From: Callorhinchus milii
Lineage: Eukaryota
Assembly: GCF_018977255.1 (NCBI RefSeq)
Contig: NW_024704742.1
Location: forward strand, 126,482,001-126,546,000
Reading direction: 5' to 3'
Length of the DNA: 64,000 nucleotides
Shown here: one piece after another, positions 51,368 to 64,000 of the stretch
Layout of the letters: each line of letters begins with the position of its first letter
Numbering within the stretch: the first letter of the stretch is position 1
Program-made: the position numbers and the translations under genes
Notes under the pieces: generated by a model
The model's database searches: none
Seen by the model: the letters and a program-made list of their open reading frames with translations, nothing else
Told to the model about the DNA's origin: nothing

Positions 51368-51556
51368 TAATAATATTCCTTGCATTTGATATAGCGCTTT
51401 GTACGTCTTCTAGACGTCTCAAAGCGCTTCACAGAATATACTGTAAAGTGAATTGACTGTATATTTGTGGGCGAAACGCGGCAGCCAATTATGCACAGCA
51501 GTGTCCCACAAACAGTCGTGGATTGAAGTGACCAATCTATTACTTTTTTTATGAGG
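51368..51556 (-). mobile_element. SINE 3' half
   Basis: Reverse-complement tail and Deu core. Confidence 0.85.
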
Positions 51557-53519
51557 AATATGTACCACTCTGATCATTGTAGCTATTGTAATCAGCTTTA
51601 ATCAATTTTTGAACGAGACACAGAATGACTATATTTTGACATGCTTCAACCTGGATTGACTATAGTGGAAATGTTGATGTATAATGACATTTTGTATGAA
51701 ATTACATCATAATATATGCACATCAATTGGTTTCTGTCAAAAACTAATGTTTGTTAAAGAAACATTAATACACTCCTTTGGTGGCATGGGGGAGAGTTTA
51801 ATACAGTAGTATTAATACTGCTAATATACTTTCAAAAAGAGAAAATATTGTGGGTTTACATGAGGCTGATTTATTTCAAGGTGTCATAACAAGGAAGTTT
51901 TGCTTTATATTAAGTTTATACAACAGTGATGTGCCAACAAAGAAGAGATAAACCTACAGATGTAATTTCCATATGTTAGAGGTTTCATGACACTATTCAA
52001 AAGAGAGAAGGGAGTTAGTTACTCCTGGTGCCCGGGCCATCAATCCTCCAGGTATAATTACTTTGAGGAACTTTACTGTGTGCAAATTAAATGTCACTTT
52101 TTGCCAACAAATACACGTGACAGCAATTACCTGTGTATGAGACAAATTGGAGCTGAATTTGCCAAACACACTGCAGAAATAGAACAAACAAATCTAAATA
52201 TCCAATTATTTCTGAATTTAGTTTATTTTGAAAAGTAATATGTAAGAGGATAGTTTATAAATATTAATTATGAAAATCTCATAAGGCACTACATCAAATG
52301 CAAGGATTTTTATTATTATATATAGTGCCATATCACTTCATTGAGATGTCTCAAAGTGCTTCAAAGGATATTCTGTAAAGAGAATTGACTGTAAATTTGT
52401 CTCAATGAAGGGCAGCCTTTGACCATTCCTCTGCTCTCCCCTCCCCCAGACACTGTCAAGCATTCTGAGACGTTATTCTACTTTAATGCAAGTTGTTGTT
52501 TCACGTCTGGTGTTAGAATTGTGACATCTGGTCTGAAATTTCATCTAGTCTTAGCCTGTAAGATGATTTTATCTTAAAGTATAAGATCATGCCAAATTGT
52601 GAAAAAGTTTAAATTCAATGTTATTTTATTTTTAAAAATGGCAGGAAAACAGCTTATGAATTAAGACTGGATTGAAGAATTGTCCACGATTTTGCACCAA
52701 ACTGGTACTGCATGCCAAGACTGGGTCCATTTCCTGGCCTCTGCTGCCTGCGTTCACCCTTTGTTTATGTGTTTACTCCTCAAGAATAAGACACAAGGTT
52801 TTCAAGTTAACAACTTGAAACCACTAATGATTATATACAGTATTTGAAGATGTTGCTCTATAAAACATAAATGTGAACAAAGGAAGAACATTTCATCGGT
52901 GTTCTGTCAGAAGAATATTCAAATGCGCTTCACAGGATTTACTGTAAAGTGGAGTGGATTGTATTCTGTGGACAAATGTGGCAGCCAATTTGCGCACAAC
53001 AATGTTCTAAAGGGCAGTCAGTCCTGAAAGTGGGAACAGGAAGAATCTGACAAAATGTGCAATAAACAATTCTGCCAAAACAGTCTTATGACCGGTTATA
53101 TTGTATAGTTTATGTTGATTCAATGTCAGATCAGCTCAGAACAATTCCTAGTTATGAGAATTTGTAGAATCAAATGCCCATGAACGGCTATGGTATAAGC
53201 TCAGTTTCACTGCCGCTGACGCAAAGGGAACCTTTAAACTTCAGTTTAATGTTCTGAGATTGTTGGATGCAATCTTGGCTCTTCAATGACTTTAAAAATC
53301 CATCAGTGTTCAGAGGGGAATAGTAAAGATCCACTCTTGGTGACCCAGCCCAAGTCAAGTGGACTTTACAAGGCACAGTATTGTACAAATATGTTTCCCC
53401 CCCATAGATTCCTCAGCTCTCTCCTCCCCACCTTGGGCTCGTAGATAGCTGTGTGAAGTACTTTGAGCATTCCCAACATGAAGGGCACTATATAAAGGTA
53501 AATTGTTGTTGTCTCCAGT

Positions 53520-54320
53520 ACAGTTTCAGGGTCTCTGTTTTCCTGAGCTTTGTCGTTGATGAAACAGCCATCCTGGCTCTTCAGCAGGAAGATGTGGATG
53601 AGTCACTAGGAGCAGGGAATCTTTCCACTCAGCTTCTGATGATTCTGATAGGTGGTCCTAGCTGGACAAGTAACAACAATAACAACAAATTACATTTGTA
53701 TAGCGCCTTTCAAGTCAGGAGGTCGTCCCAAGATACTGGACAGTCATGGATCTGTACCCGAGCTGGTGATTAGGATCAGGAGGGGTGGAGGGCAGGGAGG
53801 GTAGGGGTAGGAGGGTGACCGAAAGCGTGGTCAAATAGGAGGATTTTGAAATGGGTCGTGAAGGAGGCAATGGAGGTGGTGAAATGGATGGACTGTGGGA
53901 TGGAGTTCCAGAGGGTGGGGGCAGAGGCTGAAGGCCCGCACGCAAATGGTGGGGCGAGCAAAGTTGGGGATGTGAAGCAGGCCGGAGCCCGCTGAGCGGA
54001 AGGAGAGCACAAGGGATTAGGAGGTCAAAGAGGCAAGGAGGAGTAAGGCTTTGAAGGGCTTTGAAGGTGAGGACCTGTTTCCTTTGAGTGATGGGGAATC
54101 AGTGGAGCTGGGTGAAGATGGGGGTGATAGCGTCATGGTGAGTTGTTTACCAGATCCCAAGCTATGCAGTTTTAATTGGTTAACTTCCAGTGGTTTCACA
54201 ATGTACACTCTAAAGTCCCCAAGCTTTCTCTCTAATCAACCTGCGCCTATTATTTTCCAGAGTCAGGTGAGCAGGGGATGTCCTTCCAGGAAAGAGTGCA
54301 CACTGCATTCCAGATAAGCA
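53520..54320 (+). repeat. Unclassified old repeat, copy 4, split by L2
   Basis: ggtggtcctagctggacaag ends at ~53670; the repeat resumes after 54168 with acactctaaagtccccaag..cctattattttccagagtcaggtgagc. Confidence 0.5.
53672..54168 (-). mobile_element. L2 3' fragment
   Basis: SAPTLWNSIPQS..FKILLFDHAF; (TTG)n-like tail. Confidence 0.85.
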
Positions 54321-54816
54321 TCTATGCATATGTGGTACTCTCAGTATTTTTGATAAGATATCCTTAAAACTGGGATGGGTTTTCTCTGTATGTAAACAGT
54401 CGGCTGGCCAAATAAAAATGCTTTCCAGCTTCGAATTTCTCCACATAGAACCTCTCCACTGGGACCTACATTTATTTATCTTCATTGAAGTCTAATGATA
54501 CTCACCGTATCAATACTCAACACTCCAGTAGATAGAAGCATAATAATGAGATCCAATTTGCAATATTTCTAATGCATTTCCTTGATATGAAATCAGGGTA
54601 CACAGATAGGGAATCCTTCTGATAACAGGAAATGTATCACTCTGACTTGTGCAAATTCTGTTCTAACATATTCTTTCTCTGAAACAGTTCCTTCGGAATT
54701 CTAAATGTTACTTACTCTAAGTGTTATTTATCAAGCAATCCCATTGAAAAAAAGCAGACTGCAATTAGACCCCCACTAGAAAATAATACGTTTTGCTTTA
54801 TAGACGTACAACATAA

Positions 54817-55112
54817 GTGTCAGCCTGGCTCACCAGTAGTATTCTGAGACAGAAGGCTGTGGTTTGCCTGTTCAGGTGGATGTTAAGGGACTTGCTTCTC
54901 GTGTCCTGGTCAACCATCCTCCAGAAAAAAATGGTCATTCACTCCATGGTTGTTTGTGTGACATTGCTGTGTGACATATTGGCTGCAGCGTTCACCCACA
55001 AAATGCGTAGTCATTTACCCTTTACTGTAAATTCTATCAAGTGCTTGGAGACGTCCTGTCGACACAAAAGGTATTGTATCAAATGTAAGAAATATTATTA
55101 TTTTTATTATTT
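54817..55112 (+). mobile_element. Older Deu-core SINE, internally deleted
   Basis: gtgtcagcctggctca..gagacagaagg head, core and tail. Confidence 0.65.
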
Positions 55113-55535
55113 CAGGGCTCATTAACAGTGAAAAAGCTTCCTTACTCAGCAATCTTCAAGAAGAAACAATATTTGCTAGAAAATGCTTCTGATCTACATC
55201 TTTTCAGAAAAAAAATGGACACTTTTCCCTCAATTCCATAACAGTGTTGTGCCAAAGAAAAAATGACAAATTATATGGGATATGAAAATGTTCAGGTGAT
55301 TATTCATATAGTCATGTAAAAGGCCCTATATTAAAGTAAATTTGTATTCTATTGTAATAATAATTCTTTCATTTGGTATAGAGCCTTTTACGTCAGAAGG
55401 ACATCCCAAAGTGCTTCACAGGTTAAACAGTAAAATGCAGTGATTGTGTGTTTTGTGTGCAAAATAACTTTTCCACTTAAATAGTTCCCTTCACATTGGA
55501 TAATGTCTTGGAGCGTTTCACATTGGTACAGCCAG

Positions 55536-55802
55536 ATAATAATAATAATAATAATCCTTGCATTTGATATAGCGCTTTTCACGTCGGGAGGACGTCCCAA
55601 AGCGCTTCACAGAATACACTGTAAAGTGAATTGATTGTATATTTGTGGGCGAAACGCGGCAGCCAATTACGCACAGCAATGTCCCACAAACAGTCATGGA
55701 TTGAAAATGACCAATTTATTATTGTTTTTGGTTTTGGAGGGATTATTATTAGGCGTGTGGAGTAAGGAAACTTGCCCAAGGTTTCGCCCTGCCTGGAATT
55801 GA
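55536..55802 (-). mobile_element. Young SINE (short subfamily), 5' truncated
   Basis: Near-identical to 29785-30065. Confidence 0.92.
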
Positions 55803-56237
55803 TGCTGAGCAAGGAGAGGAGGAGTGACTGTAATAAAAATTCATCTATTAACAAGGTAACTCTTAACTATGCAATAAATGAAAGCATGTAGTAACTAAAG
55901 GAAGGGGATTAAAGTGTTCCCTACTTCAAATACTGCTTGAACAAAGTAAATTGTACTGAATTTGGGTCAATCCCGAGATTCGTAAATCTCACTGAGAATC
56001 TCACTGTATTAAGAGATTTGTGATCTGGGTTTGCTTCAGACAAATTTATTGCATTCAGCGGGATGTGACTTTAATGGGGTATCATTCCCCTTTAGAGAAT
56101 TTTCAACCAGTTTTACTTCCCAGAAGAGACAGGAACATCCTGTTCCCAAATTGGTGTCATATCTCCTGCAGTCTTGTGCATTGGGACACGGCTTTTATGA
56201 GGTTGTTTTCAATGTCGCTTTTTTTTAGTACTAATTG

Positions 56238-56717
56238 TTCTGTAGCATATTGGTTAGAGCAATCTCCTCGCAAGCGAGAGGACTTGGGTTCAACTCCCAG
56301 GCAGAGCGAAATGTTAAGCAAGTTTCCATACTCCACACACCTCTGTTCACCTAGCAGTAAGTAGGAAACCGGTTGTTAGTCGAATGGCGGATCGTTTTTC
56401 CAGGGGTAATCATCCCTTTAAAAATAAATAAAATAAAAATAATAATAATTTGGGCAGTCAATCCACGATTGATTGTGGGACACTGCTTTGCACAACTGGC
56501 TACCGTGTTTCGCCCACAAAATAAAAAGTGAATTCACTTTACGGTACATTCTGTGAATGGCTTTGAGACATCTCGAAGATGTGATATGGCGTTATATAAG
56601 AATATAAGAACGTGAGAAAGGCTAGATGAAAAAAGACCAAGATCCATCTAGTTTACCTTTCACCTTCCTGGTGTTTGCATGCACATATGTCCCAAATGCA
56701 AGGATTATTATTATTAT
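56238..56717 (+). mobile_element. tRNA-derived SINE with a CR1-like tail inserted in its 3' end
   Basis: Head ggttagagc..ctcgcaagcgag..gggttcaactcc; the tail is interrupted at ~56598-56690. Confidence 0.82.
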
Positions 56718-57514
56718 AATTCCACTGGGTTGTATGTCTTGTCTATATCACCTGTCTGCCTTTTACAGACCCGATCAAATGGGTCTTTTATTACTTTTAT
56801 AAGATGACCAGCTTATTTTCAAATGAGTCTACTGAAAACAACAGGGCGTCTACAAATGTAGTCCTATAGATTTCTCACACAAGACATCTGCAGTAAACGT
56901 CACAAGATGGTACAATCCAATTTACCGAGAACAAAGCACTTTGCAGTCCATTGATCATTGCTAGAGGAAATGCTTCAGTGATTTAAGACTTGATGTGATT
57001 ATCAGAGACCAAATTCTCCTAAACTTACAATGCAGTCTTCCTATTCATTACATTACTGGAACAGACCATCATTGCATATGAGGAATGATTGGACAAATGT
57101 TGCCATCTTTCCATAGTCAGTCAGTTGCATTGTCAGTGCTACACCAATTTTGACATCTTGCGAGTAAGTATCTTGTATTGGTGGTTCTTCCCAGCAGTCT
57201 GACTGAGATTGGAGATGAACAGTGCGATGATTCATAGGGGCAAATGTACACCATTAGCATTCTCATTCAATGGCAATGCAAAAATGATGTTAAAGGGGAG
57301 GGACAGAGCTCGTGGTGGGAAGTGCAGGAAAGTCTCCCGTTTAAGCATTGGTCAAAAATTTAGGGGACACTCCTCTGCCCCCATGTAGTATCTTGATAAA
57401 TACAATACACTACACAAGCTAGGAAATACTCGACAACCACAGTTTATTATTGTGGGACAGTGTTACTTCTCTGTTGTGGTAGAATCAGAGATAAATTGGT
57501 GAAGATCCGTCATT

Positions 57515-58108
57515 GTTGAGTCCTGTAGTTCAGTGGTTAGAGCACTCCCCTCGCAAGCGAGAGACCCTGGTTCGATTCCTGACAGGGTGAGATGTTGGAC
57601 AAGTTTCCTTACTCCATACAGCTCTGTTTACCTAGCAGTAAGTAGGAACCAGGTTGGCGGATTAGCGGATTGCTTTTTCGGGGATAATAAATCTTTAAAA
57701 AAATAAATAATAATAAATTGGTCACTTCAATCCATGACTGTTTGTGGGACACTGCCATGTGCAATTGGCTGCTGCGATTTGCTCACAATACGTACAGTCA
57801 ATTCACTTTACAGTATAAAAACAAAAACAGGAGTTGCTGGGAACACTCAGCAGGTCAGGCAGTATCTATGGAGAAAGGAAAGCGAGTCAACGTTTCAGGT
57901 CCACATTGACTCACTTTCCTTTCTCCATAGATGCTGCCTGACCTGCTGAATGTTCCCAGCGACTTCTGTTTTTGTTTCAAATTTCCAGCATCTGCAGTAT
58001 TTTGTTTTTTGTTCACTTTACAGTATATTCTGTGAAGCACTTTGAAACATCTAGAAGATGTGATAAGGCGCTGTATCAAATCCAAGGATTAGTATTATTA
58101 TTATTATT
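57515..58108 (+). mobile_element. tRNA-derived SINE split by a Penelope-like insertion
   Basis: Box B GGTTCGATTCC and core; the tail resumes at 58012. Confidence 0.88.
57818..58011. mobile_element. Penelope-like inverted (hairpin) insertion with 16-bp TSD
   Basis: Arms 57818-57890 and 57906-57977; TSD ttcactttacagtata at 57802-57817 and 58012-58027. Confidence 0.8.
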
Positions 58109-58219
58109 TGTAATACCATTCCCTTCCCCATCAGAGGTTGCCCACAGCCAAATGCCCTCTTGCAGTGTGTAAAGAGGAAAGCGTTTTTGGAAGGAGGCAT
58201 GAACACATGTTGTTTTACA

Positions 58220-58356
58220 ATAAAAACAAGCAAAATACTGCAGATGCTGGAAATCTGAAATAAAAACATAAGTTGCTGGGAACACGCAGAAGGTCAGGCA
58301 GCATCTATGGAGAAAGGAAAGTGAGTCAATGTTTCAGGTCAATGACCTTTCATCGA
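58220..58356 (-). mobile_element. Penelope-like terminal fragment
   Basis: Homologous to 140-235; ends within the hammerhead core. Confidence 0.65.
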
Positions 58357-58689
58357 TTTAAAACTTTAACTCACATGTTGCTTTCTGTCCTTCCATCTTT
58401 GATAACATTTCTCGGAAGCTTAGGTTTTATATCAATCTCACAGATTTGCTAAATTTGCTCTGAGTCAGCCCAAACCCTTCAGATAGCTCCCTTGATCATA
58501 TTAGTGTTGGTTGAATGGGTATCCAGACACAAATGAGCTGAAATTCCATTATGCATAGCACCTTTTGTCATGTTGTCTGCTAATAAGATTTCCCCATAAC
58601 TTTTTCTTTGGTCAGCTATGCTTAAAAGTATGCAAACCAAACTGAGAGTTCCATGCATGCCGTCTACACATGGAAAATCTTATGTATTG

Positions 58690-59030
58690 GAATGGTATGC
58701 ACATTCTCTTCCTGGAAGGACGTATTCTGTTTATCTAATTCCAGAAAGTATTAGGTGGAGCCTGACAAGAGCCTAGGTTTGGGGTCCCCAGAGTGTGCAT
58801 TGAGGAATTACTGGAGCTTAACCAGCTACAAACACATGTCTTGGTATTGAAAGCACTGTCTAGCAAACTTTCTGCTGTTTTGTCCAGCTAGGACCACCCT
58901 ACACATTAGGGTGAACAGGAGGTGAGTGGGAAGAATCGCTGCCCCAGTATTTGGTCTCCTCCTCTAAGTCCTACCGATGTGCCAAGCTGCTGGTCTATCA
59001 TTAGCAGTGCTGTGGGGTACTGCAAACCCA
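58690..59030 (-). repeat. Unclassified old repeat, copy 5
   Basis: Reverse complement aligns with 3635-3935 and 54205-54320. Confidence 0.6.
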
Positions 59031-59734
59031 CCTGGGTTACAAACGCCACCATCGAGCCTCCGACAATTGCACATTCCATTGCCAAGCAAGTCACCGTGGA
59101 GCTAATTCAGCTCCAAGTAGACCCTCAAGAGGGAAGATTTCCCCATGACAATTGTGTATCGCCAAAGGCACTGTAAGTGACATCAACCAGAATTTGAGCC
59201 CAAAATGATGTCTTGATAAACTGCACAATGAAAAGAAAGCTTGACAACGCAACATGACGCCAGCCCCAGTTTAGAATTTCTCTGAAACAAAATCAGTACC
59301 AATTGTTGGGATTAAATATTTTGATATTCAATGTGTAAATTGCTAACTGAAGGCAGGGTTGTTTCTATGGCAAATGTCACTGACGAGAAGATTTGAGAGG
59401 TTTGAGAAACTGAAGAGATCAAAATGAGATGGAGCCATCCTTGCATTTTTGTGTACTTCACTCCAACTTTCATTAAGATGCTTTGAAACATTTTGTAATA
59501 AATGTTGTAGATATAATAATAAATGTTGGGACAGAAATCATTTCCTATGAAACTACAACTGTGTGTGAATTGCCAAGGTTGGAAACAGTAAAATAATGCT
59601 CATTTATTGTATTCCATTCTTTCTCTCTCTCCATGATGCTTGGCAATACATTCTACAAGTTTATAGTGGTATGTTTTAACAAGTGTGAGGTACAACTTGG
59701 GTGTTGTTTTATCCTTTCTTTATAGCAATCAGCA

Positions 59735-60162
59735 TAGGGAACACATTAAGGAAAACCCACAGAATTGTTCCTTAATGAGTGCAAGTTTGAATGGCCTCCC
59801 TCACGTTCCTCAGTAATGAGTGAGCTGCTCGCGGCCCCTGACCCCTTCCCCGCCTGCCTCCCTTCCCCCGACCCCCCACTTCCCCCTCCACGCACACACA
59901 CAACCGCTCCTCCAGATCAGCTGCTGGCAGCTCTAGTGGGGAAAAGCTAAGCCATTGGAACGCAAATTCTAATTCCAAATTTAAGAGTGGAGTCCTGGGA
60001 ATCCCAATGTTTGTTTTTCACCGGCCTGCTGTCGGCTGATCTGAAGGAGCAGCTGTGTGGGATCATATAAGCCGTGAGCAACACACTCATTATGGAGGGA
60101 GACTGATTACAACAACACCAAGTATAGTACAATATTGTGGGTGTTCCTTAATGTGATCCCTA
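59735..60162. repeat. ~430-bp imperfect palindrome (ancient MITE-like)
   Basis: Nested inverted matches: 59735-59761/60135-60162, 59814-59835/60071-60092, 59906-59930/60026-60050. Confidence 0.75.
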
Positions 60163-60602
60163 ACAGCTTATGTACCACCATACATTTTAACCCACAGAAT
60201 CATAGTTAGCACAGAACGAAGACATTTTGCCCAACCCTATTCTGGTGCATTTTGTCCACAAAATATACAATCAATTCACTTCACAGTATATTCTGTGAAG
60301 CACTTTGAGACGTCTCAAAGGCAATAAGGCACTATATCAAATCCAAGGATTATTATTATTCTTCTCTGGAGTTATACTCAATAATCTAAAATTCCTGTTA
60401 GATTTTTCCTGCTTTATACTATTTCTCTTCAAATGTTGTCCAATTCCATTTTGAAAGTTGCTATTTTCTGTGAAGCTTTCCATGTTTCAATAATGTTCTG
60501 ATTACAAAATAATTCCTCCAAATCCCACACTTTTCATCACAATCCTGAAAATGTGCCCCATTTATTTTAACTGCGAAAGTAGTAATAATAATAACAATCA
60601 TA

Positions 60603-62270
60603 ACAACATAAGAACATAAGAAATAGGAGCAGGAGTAGGCCATTCGGCCCCTCGAGCCTGCCCCGCCATTCAATAAGATCATGGCTGATCTATTCTAACT
60701 CCACCTACCTGCCTTATCCTCATATCCTTAATCCCTTTATCCACAAGAAATCTATCAAACTCAGCCTTGAATATGTTCAAGGACTGAGCATCTACAGCCC
60801 TTTGGGGTAGAGAATTCCATAAATTCACTACCCTCTGAGTGAAGAAGTTTTTCCTCAACTCAGTGCGAAAGGGCTTACCCCTAAATTTAAGATTGTGACC
60901 CCTGGTTATAGTTTCTCCAACCAGGGGAAAAAGTCTCCCACTATCTATTCTGTCATGCTCCTTAATAATCTTATAGGTTTCTATAAGATCACCTCTCATT
61001 CTTTAATATTCTAGAGAATATAGGCCTAAATTGCTCAATCTATCCTCATAACTCATCCCCCTTATCCCTGGTACCAACCTTGTGAATCTACATTGTACCC
61101 CCTCCAAGGCGAGTACGTCCTTTCTTAAATAAGGAGACCAAAACTGCACAAAATACTCTAGAGGTGCGGTCTCACCAGGGCCCTATACAGTCGCAGCAAG
61201 ACTTCCCTACTCTTATATTCTAACCTTTTTGTAACAAATGCCAACATACCGTTAGTCTTCCTAATTGCTTGCTGTACCTGCAAACTAACTTTTTGTGACT
61301 GGTGTACAAGGACACCCAAGTCCCTCTGAACGCTAACACTATCTCGTCTCTCCTCTTCTAAAAAATAATCTGCTCTACTGTTTTTGCCATCTAGGTGGAT
61401 GACCTCACACTTCCCTACATTATACTTCATCTGCCATCTATTTGCCCACTCACCTAGCCTACCTATATCTTGTTGCATTTTTTTAATGTCATCCTTGGTG
61501 TTTACTCTCCCTCCTAGTTTAGTGTATCCTCGAATTTGGATACATTAAGTTCAATGTCCTCATCTAGATCGTTGATATAGATTGTAAATAGTTGAGGCCC
61601 AAGCATTGATCCTTGTGGCACTCCACTAGTCACATCCCACCAATCTGAGAAGGACCCATTTATCCCTACTCTTTGTTTTCTTCCCATTAGCCATTCTTCA
61701 ATCCATGCTAATATATTCCCTTTAATTCCATGGGCCCTAATCTTGTGGATCAACCTTTTATGCAGCACCTTATCGAATGCCTTTTGGAAATCTAAATACA
61801 CTACATCCACTGATTCTCCCCTATCTAATCTATTTGATATGTCCTCAAAAAAATCTAAAAGATTTGTTAAGCATGACTTCCCTTTTGTAAAGCCATGTTG
61901 ACTCTGTCTAATCATATTGTGATCCTCTAAGTATCCCACGACGACATCCTTAATTAAGGATTCTAGAATATTCCCTGCCACCGATGTCAGACTAACTGGT
62001 CTAAAGTTCCCCATCTTTTCTCTCCCACTCTTGTTAAATAGTGGTGTGATGTTTGCGATCTTCCAATCAATGGGAACCTTTCCAGAATCCAAAGAATTTT
62101 GGAAGATCAGACACAAAGCCTCCACTATCTCATGAGCTACCTCTTTTAAAGCCCTAGGTCCAGGGAACTTGTCACTTTTTAATGCCAAAAATTTCCCTTG
62201 CACCAATTCTTTGCTAATGTAAATTTCCCTAAGTTGCTGCCTATCATTAGCCCCTTGGTTCATCTCTATT
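60603..62270 (-). mobile_element. CR1 LINE, 5'-truncated, frameshifted ORF2 reverse transcriptase
   Basis: ORFs 61514..62320 ([45 protein letters not shown]), 61158..61478 and 60679..60999 (RGDLIETYKI, FFTQRVVNLWNSLP); (TTCTTATG)n tail. Confidence 0.95.
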
Positions 62271-62389
62271 TCATCCTTGCATTTGATATAGTGCCTTATA
62301 GTGCCACGTTTCGCCCACAAAACATAGTCAATTCCCTTTACAGTATATTCTAAGGCGCTGTATCGAATGCAATGTTTGCTATTATTATC

Positions 62390-62712
62390 AAATCATTGAG
62401 AAGTCTCAAAGCCCTTCACCGAATATATTGAAAAGCGCATTGACTGTGTATTTTGTGGGTGAAACACCAGCAGCCAATTGCGCACAGCAGTGTCCCACAA
62501 CAGTCGTGGATTAAGTGAACACATTTTTTTTAAATTTGGTGTGATTATTATTGCTGGAAATTGACTAAGAACCAGGTTCCTACTTCCTGCTAGGTAAATA
62601 AAGACATGTGGTGTAAGGAAACTTGCCTAAGGTTTTGTCCGGCCCAGGAATCAAACTTGGGTCCTCTCGCTAGTGAAGCGAACAAGCTAGCCACTAAGTT
62701 ACGAGACTCCAC
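62390..62712 (-). mobile_element. tRNA-derived SINE
   Basis: Reverse-complement head (gtggagtc), box B-like region and Deu core. Confidence 0.8.
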
Positions 62713-63392
62713 ATATCCCCATATCAAAGAATGTGTTACATGGAAGGCAAGGAGCAGAATAACCCACTTTGAACTTCAGTCTGTAATTGGTTCAGTGTCA
62801 GACATGATCGCCTTTTATTCACATGATTGACACAATTGGCCTTGGTCGAACTCATCTGCAGACATCCTGCACAAAAATATATTATATTAAGAGGATCCTT
62901 TCAAATATGTGAACTTTTATCAACCTTTTCCATATCTGTATTACTTTTGAAATAGTTGCTAAGAAATTCTCTTTTTAAAAGAGAGATATTTAATGGTTCA
63001 GATTTTATTGGGAACAGTCAAGGCGATTTATTTCAGCACAACTATGTGACAAACGAGAATCATATCCCAAAAGTCATAAAACAAGGCACTTGTAAAAATC
63101 ACAGCAGACTTGATCCATCTGTTGGCATCTTTGATCTTATTCCTCTGGCTGCTTTCTGAGCAGCAACATCAACACAAAGCCACTTGAGAATACATTCACA
63201 GGGGATTAATGTGGTACTTGAGAAATTAGTTCGCACTTTCTTCAAGTTCATTTTATCATAGTAATAATGCATTTGATAATAATCCCTGCATTTGATAATA
63301 GCCCTTTATCACATTGTCGATATGTTTCAAAGCGCTTCACAATATTTCACTGTGAAGGGTAGTGACTATATGTTTGCAGGTGAATGCAACAC

Positions 63393-64000
63393 CAACAACA
63401 ACAAAATTACATTTACTTAATGTCTTTCATGGTGAAAGACTTCCCAATGCGTTGGACAGTTAAGGGTTTGCACCCGAGCTGGGATTGGAATCAAGAGGGG
63501 TGCGAGAGAGACTGAAGGCATGGTCAAAGAGGAAAGTCTTGAGACAGACTTTTAAGGAGGCAAGGGAAGCGGCAAGGCAGAGTGATTCTGGGATGAAGTT
63601 CCAGAGAGTGGAGGCAGAAAAACTGAAGGCTCGACTGCCAATAATGGGGAGGTATGGCGGGGGACATAGAGCTGTGCGAAGGGAGCAGACAGGTTGGTAT
63701 AATGGAGAAAGTTAGCTCTCATCCAGGACTTGATGTCTGACACATACTCCGCCAGGACAGCAGTGGTTTTGAAGTCAAGGGTAGAGGTAGAGAGATAGCA
63801 TTGGGTGTCATCTGCATATATGTAAAAATTAACGCCAAGCCTAGTACCTTTCAGGAGGATGTCCCAAAGCACTGAACAGTCAGGTGTCGGGCCCCGAGCA
63901 TGGGGGAGGGGTGGTGTAGGGATGAGGGTAGGCAGAGAGGTGGGAAGGCGACCAAAGGCACGATCAAAGAGAAGGGTCTTGAGACTGGCCTTGAAGGAGG
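63393..64000 (-). mobile_element. Two adjacent L2 fragments (first internally deleted; second from ~63845 runs off the window)
   Basis: (TTG)n tail; NFYIYADDTQCYLS..WMRANF joined directly to C-terminal sequence; second 3' UTR resembles 1410-1570. Confidence 0.85.

Noticed and set aside
58320..58356. Second intact hammerhead
   Set aside because: Core reads UCGAUGA rather than CUGAUGA, the 5' strand of stem I is missing and the stem III palindrome is mutated.
59920..59945. CTCF site
   Set aside because: CCACTAGAGCTGCC lacks the GGGC core and lies within the palindrome arm.
61514..62320. Functional reverse transcriptase gene or retron-like system
   Set aside because: Truncated, frameshifted CR1 ORF2; its apparent N-terminus comes from an adjacent SINE.

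Overview
Repeat-rich, non-coding vertebrate genomic DNA. The repeat mix (Deu-core tRNA-derived SINEs with L2-like tails, L2 and CR1 LINEs, Penelope-like termini) points to a cartilaginous fish, possibly a chimaera; this is an inference, not a database match. No host protein-coding gene is recognisable: every ORF with an identifiable product is a fragment of L2 or CR1 ORF2. Other elements read from the sequence: a non-autonomous Helitron, hAT and Tigger/pogo-type MITEs with target-site duplications (TSDs), several old palindromic elements, a Penelope-like terminus carrying a minimal hammerhead-ribozyme motif, a hairpin Penelope-like insertion with a 16-bp TSD, and an unclassified five-copy repeat. 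I did not find a clearly new biological system. The best leads are the hammerhead/Penelope elements, the ~430-bp palindrome at 59.7-60.2 kb and the SINE-L2 tail relationship. Boundaries of old repeats are approximate.
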